A DNA stretch of 64,000 bases, from assembly GCA_964612105.1 (NCBI GenBank), contig CAZTEU010000003.1, forward strand, positions 67,050 through 131,049, in the 5' to 3' direction. The position numbers and the translations under genes were made by a program. This document shows positions 19,377-29,814 of this stretch, piece after piece. The DNA comes from an uncultured Gammaproteobacteria bacterium (GTDB lineage: Bacteria; Patescibacteriota; Patescibacteriia; Magasanikbacterales; UBA922). The notes below the pieces were generated by a model. That model ran no database searches and was not told the DNA's origin. It saw only the letters and a program-made list of their open reading frames with translations. How positions within the stretch are numbered: position 1 is the stretch's first letter; each line of letters begins with the position of its first letter.

Positions 19377-20312
19377 TTAGTATCCTCTATCTGTATTAAT
19401 TACTTTTTTGATTACGTATGGTCTTTTATTTCCACCCTCAAAATACACTCTGAGAATCAGTTCTGCTAAAAATCCTAGCATGAAGAAAATCATTCCAGCA
19501 AGCACAAAAAATACAGCTAATATTGGAAGTGGAGTTTGTCCTAGATTCCTTAGAGATACAACCTTAAGATAAATTGAAACTATCCCTGCTATACTTCCAA
19601 GGAAAATTGAGAAAACACCTACACCACCAAAAAAAACAAGCGGGCGACCTGTCATATTAACTATAAATTTTATTGTTAACAAATCAAAAATGTCCTTCAC
19701 AGCTTTCATAAAATAGTGTTTTGAAACACCAAACTGTCTTGCGTGGTGCTTTACGGGTATTTCTGCAACTCTTGCACCTCGTCCATATAAATATGCTGGA
19801 AGGAATACATGCATTTCACCGTACAGATGGACCTGCTGTATTATATCTCTTCTATAAGCCTTCAGAGCACAGGCAGAGTCATTTAAATACAGACCACTTA
19901 CCTTTCCAGTTAGCCAATTTGCTAGTTTAGATAGAATTCTACGCCCAAAAGAGTCTTTCCTGCTTTTTCTCCACCCAGAAACCACATCAAATCCCTCGTC
20001 TATTTTCTTTATGAGTTCTGGAATATCTTCTGGATCGTTCTGTAAATCTCCATCCATAGTTATTATTATATCGCCTTGAGCATGATGTATTCCAGCATCT
20101 AGAGCTGAAGTTTGACCAAAATCCATTGATAACATAATTATGGTTATGTTTTTTAAGGATTCAAGTTTTTTTACAGTATTATCCGTAGACCCATCATCAA
20201 CAAAAATTACCTCATAAGACTGGTGTAAATTATGCATGACTGAGGTAATTTTCCCATGAAGAATCTGCACATTTTCCTCCTCATTGTATACTGGAATAAC
20301 TATAGAAATCAT
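19377..20312 (-). CDS. GT2 polyprenyl-phosphate sugar transferase with C-terminal TM helices (paralogue of 6681-7643).
   Basis: ISIVIPVYNEEENV...VIFVDDGSTDNT and a MDGDLQ motif, followed by two C-terminal TM helices. Confidence 0.75.
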   Translation of the reverse strand: MISIVIPVYNEEENVQILHGKITSVMHNLHQSYEVIFVDDGSTDNTVKKLESLKNITIIMLSMDFGQTSALDAGIHHAQGDIIITMDGDLQNDPEDIPELIKKIDEGFDVVSGWRKSRKDSFGRRILSKLANWLTGKVSGLYLNDSACALKAYRRDIIQQVHLYGEMHVFLPAYLYGRGARVAEIPVKHHARQFGVSKHYFMKAVKDIFDLLTIKFIVNMTGRPLVFFGGVGVFSIFLGSIAGIVSIYLKVVSLRNLGQTPLPILAVFFVLAGMIFFMLGFLAELILRVYFEGGNKRPYVIKKVINTDRGY

Positions 20313-20414
20313 AATATATCTATCATTTCAGCTTATTTTCGTGTAAAATAAGCAATTTCTTAACATTCGACACAGCAATTATAACAATAAGACACGATAT
20401 GTCAACACTGTCGA

Positions 20415-21149
20415 CTAACTGTTAATTTGTCCTTTTTTCACTCCAAAGCATATGAGACTTATGCCCAATGGAGTATATATACGCTTTTCTACCCTTAATA
20501 TAACTTTTAGCAAACTACTTACCAGACCAGAAGAGCCATCTCCTATTGGATACGATTTGCGCAAGAATTTGCTGTATAACCAGCATACTGGAATTAGTGA
20601 AAAGGCAAAATATCTAATTTTTTTAATTTCAATATTACCTGAGCACTCAGCTAATTCTGCAAGAGACCTCCTTGAGTATCTCCTAAAATGCCCTAGCGAC
20701 TCATCGTGCATACCAAACAACGAAGGCATTGCGGGGACAGCGGTAATTATTATTCCTCCAGGTCTAACAAGTGAGGAAAGTTTGGACATTGCATTCTTAT
20801 CATCTTCTATATGCTCTAACACATCTGTAGTTATTACACAGTCAAATTTTTGATTAGGACTATAAGACTCTATTGAGTCTACAAAAAAGACATTATTTTC
20901 TTTATCATTCATTTTTTTTGCCTTCTCCTTCGCAAGACATATATATTCTTCAGACGGGTCTATTCCTGTTACGGTGTGCCCAAATTTTGACAAAAGAAAT
21001 GATAAATCACCTGCCCCGCACCCAGCATTTAATATACTCATTCTCCTGTCCCTTAATAAGTCTAATATTAGGTCATATTTTATCTGCGCATAAAAATCAT
21101 TGTCTCGACTCTTTAGATCATCGTACTGATATTGATTGAAGTAACTCAT
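20415..21149 (-). CDS. Class I SAM-dependent methyltransferase.
   Basis: ILNAGCGAGDLSFLL motif I and a DCVITTDVLEHI motif. Confidence 0.65.
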   Translation of the reverse strand: MSYFNQYQYDDLKSRDNDFYAQIKYDLILDLLRDRRMSILNAGCGAGDLSFLLSKFGHTVTGIDPSEEYICLAKEKAKKMNDKENNVFFVDSIESYSPNQKFDCVITTDVLEHIEDDKNAMSKLSSLVRPGGIIITAVPAMPSLFGMHDESLGHFRRYSRRSLAELAECSGNIEIKKIRYFAFSLIPVCWLYSKFLRKSYPIGDGSSGLVSSLLKVILRVEKRIYTPLGISLICFGVKKGQINS

Positions 21150-21160
21150 ATTCTATTAAT

Positions 21161-22648
21161 TTACCAGTATGTATAAAACAATATTTGTAACACAACAGAC
21201 TGAAACCAAAGCAATGACAAGAATAAGCCTAACTGCCTACTAGATAAGCTTTTAACCATTCTTGCAATTGGGAATAAGAAAAATGGAATAACGAACATCC
21301 ACAATCTCATTAATTCACCTTGAAAAACACCTATTAACAAAAGAAATAACAAGAATACGAAACCAGTGTTTATTATACTTCCTCTGTCAGAATAAAATAG
21401 TTTTAACTTACTAAAAAATAGTACTGTTGTTGCAATACCTATTGATACAAAAAAATCAACAATATTTATTGAAAAATAAGTAAAATATATTTTTAGAGAT
21501 TCAAAATTGCTTTGTACTGCCCCTTGGTTACCGGCTAGAGAAGACTGAAAATTCTCTATTATTGAAAATCCAGACCACAGATATAGAAAAACATAAAATA
21601 ATATAAAAACAGCCACAGTTGTGAAAACTCTTTTAATGAGCTCTTCCTTTTTAACATCTTTATTTTGGTAATACAAATAAATAAAATACAAAAATACGGG
21701 CGCAAGTAGTAGGAATAAGAAATTTGAGAATAGAGATAGTGCTGCAGATAATCCAGCCAGACCAGAGAGTACGGTAGACTTATTCCACCCAGCAGTAGCC
21801 AGATAAATAGTCACCCAAACCAATAGCATAAATACAGGCTCCATTGATGTGGCGCTCATTAAGACCATACTCGGAATGAAAATAAAAACCTGCAATGTCC
21901 GCCTTACGGTTTCTTCGCTAAAGTATTCTTTTAACAAAAAATACAATGGCCATATTGTTAGACCCCCCAGTATTATTACAAATATGGACATACTAAGATA
22001 GTTGTAACCAAATATTTTATATGGTAAATACAGAAAAAGAGTATATCCTGGAGGATGTGTTATTGTGTGTTCTGCCAATTCAGGAAGTAAATCTATGTAA
22101 CTCCCTAAGAAACCTTTAGTTGATTCTATTTGTAACACGTTACCACTGTACTCCCAATGAGTCCTAGTAAATGGATCGATCAGGCTGTCCACTCCCGAGC
22201 GGATACTAGCAACCCCAATTGATGAAAGAGTAAAAAAAGTGAACAACACAAGAAGAAAGTGTTGCCTCCTAAGTTTTTCAACTTTATCTCTATATTTTAA
22301 GAAAAGGAAGAATAGTGTACAAGTAGCAATAAAACAAATTATATTATTTGCTTTTGGAGACGCTAACGCATAAAAAATAACCCTATCTGCAATATATCCT
22401 GTGTATTTAAGTGATATAAACACTTTCACAGCTATAACAACTGCAATAGAAAGCATAGCTACAATACCCATTCTTCTAAAGAATATTTCTTTTTTAGAAA
22501 ATAAATAATAAAAAAGAAGAAATACCAAAAAAAATACAAATGCTACTGTTGTACCTTGTGCGAAAGTGTCTGCTTTTAGAATAATCGCATCCAAAGTATT
22601 TTGTTCAAAATACTTAGAGAGATTTTCCATGATGTAACTGTACAACAT
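21161..22648 (-). CDS. Polytopic membrane protein, probable GT-C-like glycosyltransferase.
   Basis: At least 11 hydrophobic helices. The loop motif HTITHPPGY resembles the HPPL motif of GT39-type enzymes. Confidence 0.35.
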   Translation of the reverse strand: MLYSYIMENLSKYFEQNTLDAIILKADTFAQGTTVAFVFFLVFLLFYYLFSKKEIFFRRMGIVAMLSIAVVIAVKVFISLKYTGYIADRVIFYALASPKANNIICFIATCTLFFLFLKYRDKVEKLRRQHFLLVLFTFFTLSSIGVASIRSGVDSLIDPFTRTHWEYSGNVLQIESTKGFLGSYIDLLPELAEHTITHPPGYTLFLYLPYKIFGYNYLSMSIFVIILGGLTIWPLYFLLKEYFSEETVRRTLQVFIFIPSMVLMSATSMEPVFMLLVWVTIYLATAGWNKSTVLSGLAGLSAALSLFSNFLFLLLAPVFLYFIYLYYQNKDVKKEELIKRVFTTVAVFILFYVFLYLWSGFSIIENFQSSLAGNQGAVQSNFESLKIYFTYFSINIVDFFVSIGIATTVLFFSKLKLFYSDRGSIINTGFVFLLFLLLIGVFQGELMRLWMFVIPFFLFPIARMVKSLSSRQLGLFLSLLWFQSVVLQILFYTYW

Positions 22649-22652
22649 ATAT

Positions 22653-23789
22653 TTAGACTATTGCTACTAGTATGAGCTTAGCCCTTTCATTCCAAGAATA
22701 CTTTTTAACTTCTCGTTTTGCTGTTTCACCAATATTTTTTCTATGCTCAGGTGAAAGTGATAATGCCTTATCAATAACACTTGCAAGATCTTTATAATCG
22801 TCTGGCTTGCAGAACAAAGCTGTTTCTTCATTAAGAACTTCTTTTAGTGCAGGAACATCTGTAGATATAATTAATGTTCCAGACGCCATGTATTCAAATA
22901 ATTTTAATGGAGATGTATAGCGTGAACCTATTTTTGTTTTTGCACTGTTTGGCAACACAAGAAAATCTGAACTAACCAGCCAATGAGGTATTTCGCTATA
23001 AGGTCTGCGTCCAACAATATGAATATTTTCTTGTGAAAATTCCTTTCTATACTTCTTAACATCTTCGTCTGTTCCTCCGACAAAATATGCATGAATATCA
23101 GATGGAAGAGACTGTACGGCTTTTGCAAAGTCTCTTGCACCTTTCCAACCATAAAGGTGGCCACTGTATAAAACTATTTTTTGATCCTTTGGTAGATTTA
23201 GCACCTCTCTAGATTCATTTTGAGATAACTTCTCATTAAATAGCTCCATGTTAACCCCATCACGAGCTACACTTATTTTTTTATCTTCAATTCCAAGTTT
23301 TATTATGTCTTCTCTTATAGCATCACTTATTGTAATGAGTTTTTTACTTCTCTTCCAAGCATACTTATGCATCCACAACCCACTTTCTGGAATTGTATGC
23401 ACCTCATACTGAACATTTTTTCTTATAAACGACACTAGTATGGCTATTAATGCATCACGAGTGTAATAGAAAGTTGCCTTTTTAATTACTACATAGAACA
23501 GTATGTGTAAAGCAAAACTTATTCTCTGTAGCCAGAACGACATTGCTTTACCAATAGGAAGAAATAATAAATCTATACAAATCTTTCTCTTTATTGAAAA
23601 AGATTTTTCCTTTATTCCATAAAACTGGAAAGGTTCTTTTTTTATTGGGTTCACCCTTCGTGGAATAACCAGAGAGACACTAACACCCTGTTTTGCAAAA
23701 GCATCACACATATTCATTATCTGAATACCATGTGCTTTTTCTGTAGGTATTCGCGCATTTGCTATGTACATCAGAGTCTTTCTCTCCAT
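22653..23789 (-). CDS. Glycosyltransferase family 4.
   Basis: C-terminal EYMASGTLIISTDVPALKEVL Glycos_transf_1 motif. Confidence 0.7.
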   Translation of the reverse strand: MERKTLMYIANARIPTEKAHGIQIMNMCDAFAKQGVSVSLVIPRRVNPIKKEPFQFYGIKEKSFSIKRKICIDLLFLPIGKAMSFWLQRISFALHILFYVVIKKATFYYTRDALIAILVSFIRKNVQYEVHTIPESGLWMHKYAWKRSKKLITISDAIREDIIKLGIEDKKISVARDGVNMELFNEKLSQNESREVLNLPKDQKIVLYSGHLYGWKGARDFAKAVQSLPSDIHAYFVGGTDEDVKKYRKEFSQENIHIVGRRPYSEIPHWLVSSDFLVLPNSAKTKIGSRYTSPLKLFEYMASGTLIISTDVPALKEVLNEETALFCKPDDYKDLASVIDKALSLSPEHRKNIGETAKREVKKYSWNERAKLILVAIV

Positions 23790-23790
23790 A

Positions 23791-24483
23791 TTATTTCTTT
23801 AGTATGAAAAATAATCCTAATGCAAATCTGTCCTTTTCTATTCCTGGTTTAATCTTGTAAATAATCCAATCAAGTGCTCTTACAACAGGTAGTTTTAGGA
23901 TAATAATTACACGAGGTAATATTGGCTCTAAACGAAAAAGTGCAGCTGAGAAAGGACCTTTTCCAATTGTTATTATTTTAGCTGAACTAAAATCAGCCTC
24001 TTTGGAAATTCTTTCTAATGATTCTTTAGTGAATCTCCAATAGTCATGTGGATCCGGATGATACCCCACAAGAAAAGGCACAGAACCAATAACCTCTCCC
24101 CCAGGTTTCAACACACGCTTTGTCTCTTTTAGGACATGTCTAAAATCATAAATATGTTCTAGTACATTAAACAGAAGAACAGTATCTAATGAATTGTTTT
24201 GTACAGGCAATTGGTCATTTTCTAGATCGATATTTGTACCCTCTTCTGATTTATCAAAACCAAGATCTAGTGCTTTTATTTTTACACCTTCTTTTTTCTT
24301 AAAAAAACGATGGTAGCTTGCTAAGTTTACTCCACTCCCAACATCAAAAACCTCTCCTTTGAGGGAGTAATTTGAACAAACCTTGTTCATCAGTATTCTA
24401 TAACTGTCTTTTCCTCGTAAAATCTCTTTTAGTGTAACCCACATATTATTAAGAAATATCAAAAGAATTATACCATAATACAA
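23791..24483 (-). CDS. SAM-dependent methyltransferase (Methyltransf_11-like).
   Basis: VFDVGSGVN motif I and LKPGGEVIGSVPF. The likely start is an internal Met. Confidence 0.55.
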   Translation of the reverse strand: MYYGIILLIFLNNMWVTLKEILRGKDSYRILMNKVCSNYSLKGEVFDVGSGVNLASYHRFFKKKEGVKIKALDLGFDKSEEGTNIDLENDQLPVQNNSLDTVLLFNVLEHIYDFRHVLKETKRVLKPGGEVIGSVPFLVGYHPDPHDYWRFTKESLERISKEADFSSAKIITIGKGPFSAALFRLEPILPRVIIILKLPVVRALDWIIYKIKPGIEKDRFALGLFFILKK

Positions 24484-26323
24484 AAGTAACTACCGCCCAA
24501 ACTGTATTTAAATGATAACCTTTTCCAGATTTATGCTCCTCCCACAATTTTATTATATTTTCCTGATCTAAATATTTCATTGCTGGACTGTCTGACAATA
24601 ATATTTCTTCTACAGGTTGTTTAAAATCATCTCTCATCCATTTTGCCATTGGACTAAACCAGCCACGCTTTGGTTGATATCTCATGTGTTTAGGTAAATA
24701 GTCTTTTATTGCATTACCCCATATATCTTTTCCTTGAAATGAACTTGGTTTATTAAATGAAAGATGCATCATCCACTTTGTTGGAATTTGAGCAGAAAAA
24801 TTTACCAGATCCTCATCCAAAATTGGCACCCTTTGCTCCAAACCGAATGACATGGTCATTGCGTCTGTACGAAATAGTGATTCATCAATCAACCAGCTTT
24901 GCCTATCCACCTGCATAAATTTTTTTACAAAGTCGTCGTCCTGAGTACTTTTTACATTTGCAAAATATTCTTCCTTGAAATGACCTCTCAGTAAACCTTT
25001 TTTAACAATGTCTTTATTCAACAATGCAGAAACCTTTTCCTGAGACTGAGATAATAAAGCTAGAACTCTATCTAAATCATTATCAATACTTATTTTATTA
25101 ACTAGTTGCTCATTCCCAGTTTTATTTAAAGCATATTCAAAGGTTTTTCTTATCAGACCTGGAATTTTCTTATATTTACTAAGAAGAAAGCTGTAATAAT
25201 ACCTAGGATACCCACCAAACAGCTCATCTCCTCCATCTCCCCCTAAAACCACCGCAACAGACCTTTTTGCCTCCTTGGAGAGTAAATGCTGTGCAATCGC
25301 TGTAGGGTTGAAATTTGGCTCTCCTAGGTGCCTAATTACACTAGGTAGAGCCTCTAATGCTGATTCTGGGCTCATTGTAACCTCATTATGCTCCGTACCA
25401 TAATATTCCGCTGTTTTTTTGGCTAGAACAGCATCTGTATTGAACTTCTCATTATGCTCTTTGTTTACATCAAATTTAATGGAATATGTCTTTGAGGGCT
25501 TATTGTGAAGCTTGGATGTGGCCCCAAGTACTGCTGTAGAGTCCATACCTCCACTTAGAAACACTCCAACAGGTCTATCTGATACTAGTTGCCTACTAAC
25601 TGACTTATCGAATATATTCCTTAATTTCTCTTTTGTGTCATTATATGAAAGTTTAGTGTCAATCAGAGATGGCTCTTTCCAGTATTTTTTAATTTCAGTA
25701 TCTCCATTTTTCCCCACCCTCATTAGGTGGCCGGCTGGAAGTTTCTTTATATCCTCAAACATCGTTAGTGGAGAAGGAATATAATAAAGAGATAGGTACA
25801 TATTCAGCGCATCTGTATCAACAGAACGCTTAATAGGGTGTTCTAAGATTCCTTTTATTTCTGAGGAGAATATAGTTTTTTCACCATCATTAAAATAGTA
25901 AAGAGGTTTTATTCCCATTGGATCTCGGACTAACCACAGATCTTGTGAGCGAGTATCAAAAATGGCAAACGCAAACATTCCTTTTAGATAATTAACACAT
26001 TCTATCCCCCACTTTTTATAAGCAGCTAGTATTACTTCTGTATCACTTTTTGTAGAAAAAGAATATTCCAAAGACAGCTGTTCTCTTAATTCTGGAAAGT
26101 TATATATCTCTCCATTATATGTTATTACAATCTTTTTTTCGTTGTCCCACATTGGCTGATTAGCCTCTTCTGATAAATCAATTATTGATAAACGATTATG
26201 TCCCAAACTTACCCCATGTCCACACCAAAAAGAAGAAGCATCGGGTCCACGATGTTTTGTAGTGAGATTCATTTTCTGTATAATCTCAGAGTTTTCAAAT
26301 GTAAATCCGTTTATTGCACACAT
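24449..26323 (-). CDS. asnB: Asparagine synthase (glutamine-hydrolysing)-type amidotransferase, AsnB/WbpS-like.
   Basis: N-terminal MCAINGF with the nucleophile Cys2, a class-II GATase domain, and a synthetase domain carrying the PP-loop SGGMDS. Confidence 0.75.
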   Translation of the reverse strand: MCAINGFTFENSEIIQKMNLTTKHRGPDASSFWCGHGVSLGHNRLSIIDLSEEANQPMWDNEKKIVITYNGEIYNFPELREQLSLEYSFSTKSDTEVILAAYKKWGIECVNYLKGMFAFAIFDTRSQDLWLVRDPMGIKPLYYFNDGEKTIFSSEIKGILEHPIKRSVDTDALNMYLSLYYIPSPLTMFEDIKKLPAGHLMRVGKNGDTEIKKYWKEPSLIDTKLSYNDTKEKLRNIFDKSVSRQLVSDRPVGVFLSGGMDSTAVLGATSKLHNKPSKTYSIKFDVNKEHNEKFNTDAVLAKKTAEYYGTEHNEVTMSPESALEALPSVIRHLGEPNFNPTAIAQHLLSKEAKRSVAVVLGGDGGDELFGGYPRYYYSFLLSKYKKIPGLIRKTFEYALNKTGNEQLVNKISIDNDLDRVLALLSQSQEKVSALLNKDIVKKGLLRGHFKEEYFANVKSTQDDDFVKKFMQVDRQSWLIDESLFRTDAMTMSFGLEQRVPILDEDLVNFSAQIPTKWMMHLSFNKPSSFQGKDIWGNAIKDYLPKHMRYQPKRGWFSPMAKWMRDDFKQPVEEILLSDSPAMKYLDQENIIKLWEEHKSGKGYHLNTVWAVVTFVLWYNSFDIS

Positions 26324-26324
26324 A

Positions 26325-27059
26325 TTAATAGTGCTTAGTGTGATATGCGTATCTAATACGAATAATGTCGTATATCATTCTGATTGTGTCCACTACTATT
26401 CTGACACTACTTTCTTTTGTGTGATTAAGAGAAACAGAGACAGGTGATATTTTTTTATTGTTTGCATGAGCAACCATAAATAATTCTATATCGAACGCAA
26501 AACGATTAACAATAGATGACTCTACTACCTTCTGTGCAAAACCCTCCTTCATCATCTTAAAACCACATTGAGTATCTTTAACATCTGTCGGGGTAATTGC
26601 ACGAACAATGTTTGAAAAAAACTTCCTTCCAATTTTTCTTACTATCCCATAATCCTGTTCTGGTTCTGAATCAGCATGATGCCTTGATCCGTAGACCATA
26701 GACAGATCTGCATTATCATTTAATTTATTATATGTAGAATTAAATATTCCCATACCGTAAGGAAGATCTATATCTGTAAAACCAACGTATTTTGCATTTG
26801 CAAAACTTATTCCTTTTTTGAGAGCAAAACCCTTACCTTTGTTTGATTCCAGATTAATTACGCTTATAAAAGAAAGATTAGATGTTAAGTTGACCAGTTT
26901 AGAATAAGAATCATCAGTACTTCCATCATTTACAAAAATTATTTGCAAATTACCAACAAAATTACCCCTAAACTGGATTAGAGACTGTACAGATTCCCCT
27001 AAGGAGTCCTCAGCATTATATACTGGAACTATTATAGCTAGTTCGTATTTACCTTCCAT
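26325..27059 (-). CDS. Glycosyltransferase family 2 (soluble).
   Basis: LAIIVPVYNAEDSL...IFVNDGSTDDS and a DIDL motif. Confidence 0.7.
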   Translation of the reverse strand: MEGKYELAIIVPVYNAEDSLGESVQSLIQFRGNFVGNLQIIFVNDGSTDDSYSKLVNLTSNLSFISVINLESNKGKGFALKKGISFANAKYVGFTDIDLPYGMGIFNSTYNKLNDNADLSMVYGSRHHADSEPEQDYGIVRKIGRKFFSNIVRAITPTDVKDTQCGFKMMKEGFAQKVVESSIVNRFAFDIELFMVAHANNKKISPVSVSLNHTKESSVRIVVDTIRMIYDIIRIRYAYHTKHY

Positions 27060-28473
27060 ATTTATTTGCCTTATATATTCTGTACTTTCCTATATTCTTT
27101 TCGTAGTTGTAATTAAGATCAAGTGTGCTGAATAGTCCATCAATTTTTACATTTCCCAAACCTGAACCAACTATAAGATATGCGAATGATCTTGAAGTGT
27201 GTTCCTTTACAATATTATTCACACCAAAATGTAGTTCTTTATTTATTTGTAAGTACTGATAAGTATTGAAGTCTGACAGCACAAAATTCGCAGAAGGTGA
27301 GTTAATTAACAAAATGTCGTGGTGCTTAGGCACATTATTCTCTACATATTGCAGTAGGTTTTCTGTATCAAAGGAGAGATAGATAGATGAATTAGATTGC
27401 TTAATAAGTAATATTGATTGTGAAATTAGCAAAAGTATAAAAATTACAGTCGCAAACTTTTTACTTATTACCTTGTACAGCCCCCATGGAAATATAATAA
27501 ATAGTAGTAGGTGTGACGGGAAGAAATATCTATACCATCCTGGGGTTTTTATGTACCACAAAATGTTAAATACAATAAAGGAAACAATAGCAACGTGAGA
27601 AAATTTTAATTTTTTTTCATCTTTCCATACTTTAGCTAATGCCCAAAAAATTATTAAAAATAGAAACATGAAATGAATCGGAGTAGATTCAGAAATAAAT
27701 CTATATATGTTGGATAGCACTAGCGGAAGGAAAGATGATTCAGCATATGAATTTGCATAATATCCTATCGTAGTTTTAATACCACCTATTGACCACTCCG
27801 GTAATACAGAGAGTCCCCAAAACAGCATTGGTAAAAACAAGCCTACACAAATGTGCCATATTCTCTTTATGAACTTTACATCTGTCTTATCACTAATTAA
27901 TAGTGCTATTAATAATGCTGGAAGTACCAAAACAAAGAACGGCTTAGTAGCAATACTTAGCCCAAACAATAATCCGGCTATAATGTATTTATATTTTGTT
28001 CTAAAAAACTCAACAATGTATAAACCAGAGATAAAAAATAGTAGACCAGGAACTTCTCCCAGAACCGCTTTTCCATTGCCATACAGCGGAAGAAAAGTAA
28101 TGGTTAATAGAACACTATATATTGCGCACTTCTTTCCATGAAGTTTTTTTGACAGAATATAAACCATCAAAACAAACATCCACAAAAACAAAATCATTGG
28201 AGCTCGTGCAGCCATAAAATTATTTCCAAATAGTTTTATAGAAAGTGCAACTGGTAAAAGTACAGGGTAATTGGTAGTTATTAGGAATGACCTCTCCTCA
28301 ACAAATTCCCCTGGCTCTACAGACAAAGAGTAAACTCCTGATTCTACTAAACCTTGTGCAATTCCAATGTTTAATCCCTCATCAAACCAAGTGGCTGGCC
28401 TAATCCAAAACTGCCAAAGTGATACAACAGCAAACAATATGGCAACAATGAGTATAGCTTTATTGTTCTTCAT
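27049..28473 (-). CDS. GT-C-like polytopic membrane glycosyltransferase (GT39/ArnT-related).
   Basis: Roughly 12 TM helices. The first loop carries FDEGLNIGIAQ (DE motif) directly after TM1. Confidence 0.5.
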   Translation of the reverse strand: MKNNKAILIVAILFAVVSLWQFWIRPATWFDEGLNIGIAQGLVESGVYSLSVEPGEFVEERSFLITTNYPVLLPVALSIKLFGNNFMAARAPMILFLWMFVLMVYILSKKLHGKKCAIYSVLLTITFLPLYGNGKAVLGEVPGLLFFISGLYIVEFFRTKYKYIIAGLLFGLSIATKPFFVLVLPALLIALLISDKTDVKFIKRIWHICVGLFLPMLFWGLSVLPEWSIGGIKTTIGYYANSYAESSFLPLVLSNIYRFISESTPIHFMFLFLIIFWALAKVWKDEKKLKFSHVAIVSFIVFNILWYIKTPGWYRYFFPSHLLLFIIFPWGLYKVISKKFATVIFILLLISQSILLIKQSNSSIYLSFDTENLLQYVENNVPKHHDILLINSPSANFVLSDFNTYQYLQINKELHFGVNNIVKEHTSRSFAYLIVGSGLGNVKIDGLFSTLDLNYNYEKNIGKYRIYKANKYGR

Positions 28474-28476
28474 AGT

Positions 28477-29811
28477 TTATAAAAAAATAGAAATGTGACT
28501 TTGTATAACAGGCCAGAAAAGAATTACATCTAATAAACATATTATGAAAAAGAAGCCAAGTACATATAGTTGCACTCTTTTTTCTTCCTTACTAAGGCCA
28601 TGTATAAGTCTTGTTATACAATACGCACCAAACAAGGCTAGGAACGGATATATCTGAAACCTATACCGTGAAGCTACTACTGTAGGGATAAGAGGAATTG
28701 GAGCAGTAATTGCAAGTGCCAATAGATAATATATTAAACTTTCTTTTCTTCTAAAAAGTAACACTGCACCACATGCTCCAGATACAAATAGCACAACTAT
28801 TGATACTAATGAGCTTGCAACAAATATTAATTGCTGTAGTCCTGTTTGGTAGAACCAAAAACCCATTGGTCTAATTAAACTAGTATATCTCACGACCCTT
28901 ATTAAAGATAATTTTATAAAGCGAACAGGTTGTGTGGTTATGATATTAAAAAATTCAGCTCTAGACCTTTCCTTTAGTTGTAAAAAGCCTTCCTTTTCTG
29001 TGTAGGTAGTTAGAGGATTAAAGCCTCCAGAAATCTGACCGCCATCCGCAGTAGAGATATTACCAACCCATAAATTATATTCCCCTATTAATGTTGTCGG
29101 AATGAATTGGTGATAAACTGAGTAATTCCTAATAATCCATGGTGAAAGAACTAGTGTGCATGCGAAAATAAACAAAATGGCACGATTCATTTGTCTCTTA
29201 GTAATCCACATGAACAGGAATATTGGAGCAAAGAGTAACAAGGGAGGTCGTGTGAGAATTCCTATACCAGTAAGTACACCGAGAAGCAGTGCGTAATATA
29301 GAGACCTGTTCTTGTTGTAACTTAATACAAATACATACATTATTAGTATAGTAAAAAACAAGTATAGGGTCTCTGTCATTATCATTGCAGAAATTTCTAT
29401 AAGATCAGGATGCAGCCCAAACAGAGCTGTTGCCAATAGTGCTATCGTGTCTCGCCCACGATATCCACGGAACACAATTCTTGCAGTTAAGAAAAGTAAC
29501 AAAGCAGATAGCCCATGAAGTATAGCTTGAATAATCCACACAGCCTCATATGAGTGACCAAAAACAGCATATATTCCGGCAAGAAAGAATTCATAACCGG
29601 GACCAGCTCTAACTATTGAGGTATCAAATAACAAAGGAACATTAAGATTTTCACGAAAACCAGAGCCATTTAGTATATTCATTGCTATATTATCGTACGC
29701 CTGTGCATCAACCACAGGAGCAATTTGATGTACGAAAGAATACACTAATGGAATAAGTGTAGATAGTAATAAAATTGCTACTAAAAATACTTTTACTCTT
29801 TTATTCATCAC
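28477..29811 (-). CDS. GT-C-like polytopic membrane glycosyltransferase.
   Basis: Multi-TM topology. The first loop carries VDAQAYDNIA (D-x-x-x-Y-D). Sits next to a GT2 gene. Confidence 0.45.
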   Translation of the reverse strand: MMNKRVKVFLVAILLLSTLIPLVYSFVHQIAPVVDAQAYDNIAMNILNGSGFRENLNVPLLFDTSIVRAGPGYEFFLAGIYAVFGHSYEAVWIIQAILHGLSALLLFLTARIVFRGYRGRDTIALLATALFGLHPDLIEISAMIMTETLYLFFTILIMYVFVLSYNKNRSLYYALLLGVLTGIGILTRPPLLLFAPIFLFMWITKRQMNRAILFIFACTLVLSPWIIRNYSVYHQFIPTTLIGEYNLWVGNISTADGGQISGGFNPLTTYTEKEGFLQLKERSRAEFFNIITTQPVRFIKLSLIRVVRYTSLIRPMGFWFYQTGLQQLIFVASSLVSIVVLFVSGACGAVLLFRRKESLIYYLLALAITAPIPLIPTVVASRYRFQIYPFLALFGAYCITRLIHGLSKEEKRVQLYVLGFFFIICLLDVILFWPVIQSHISIFL

Positions 29812-29814
29812 TAT

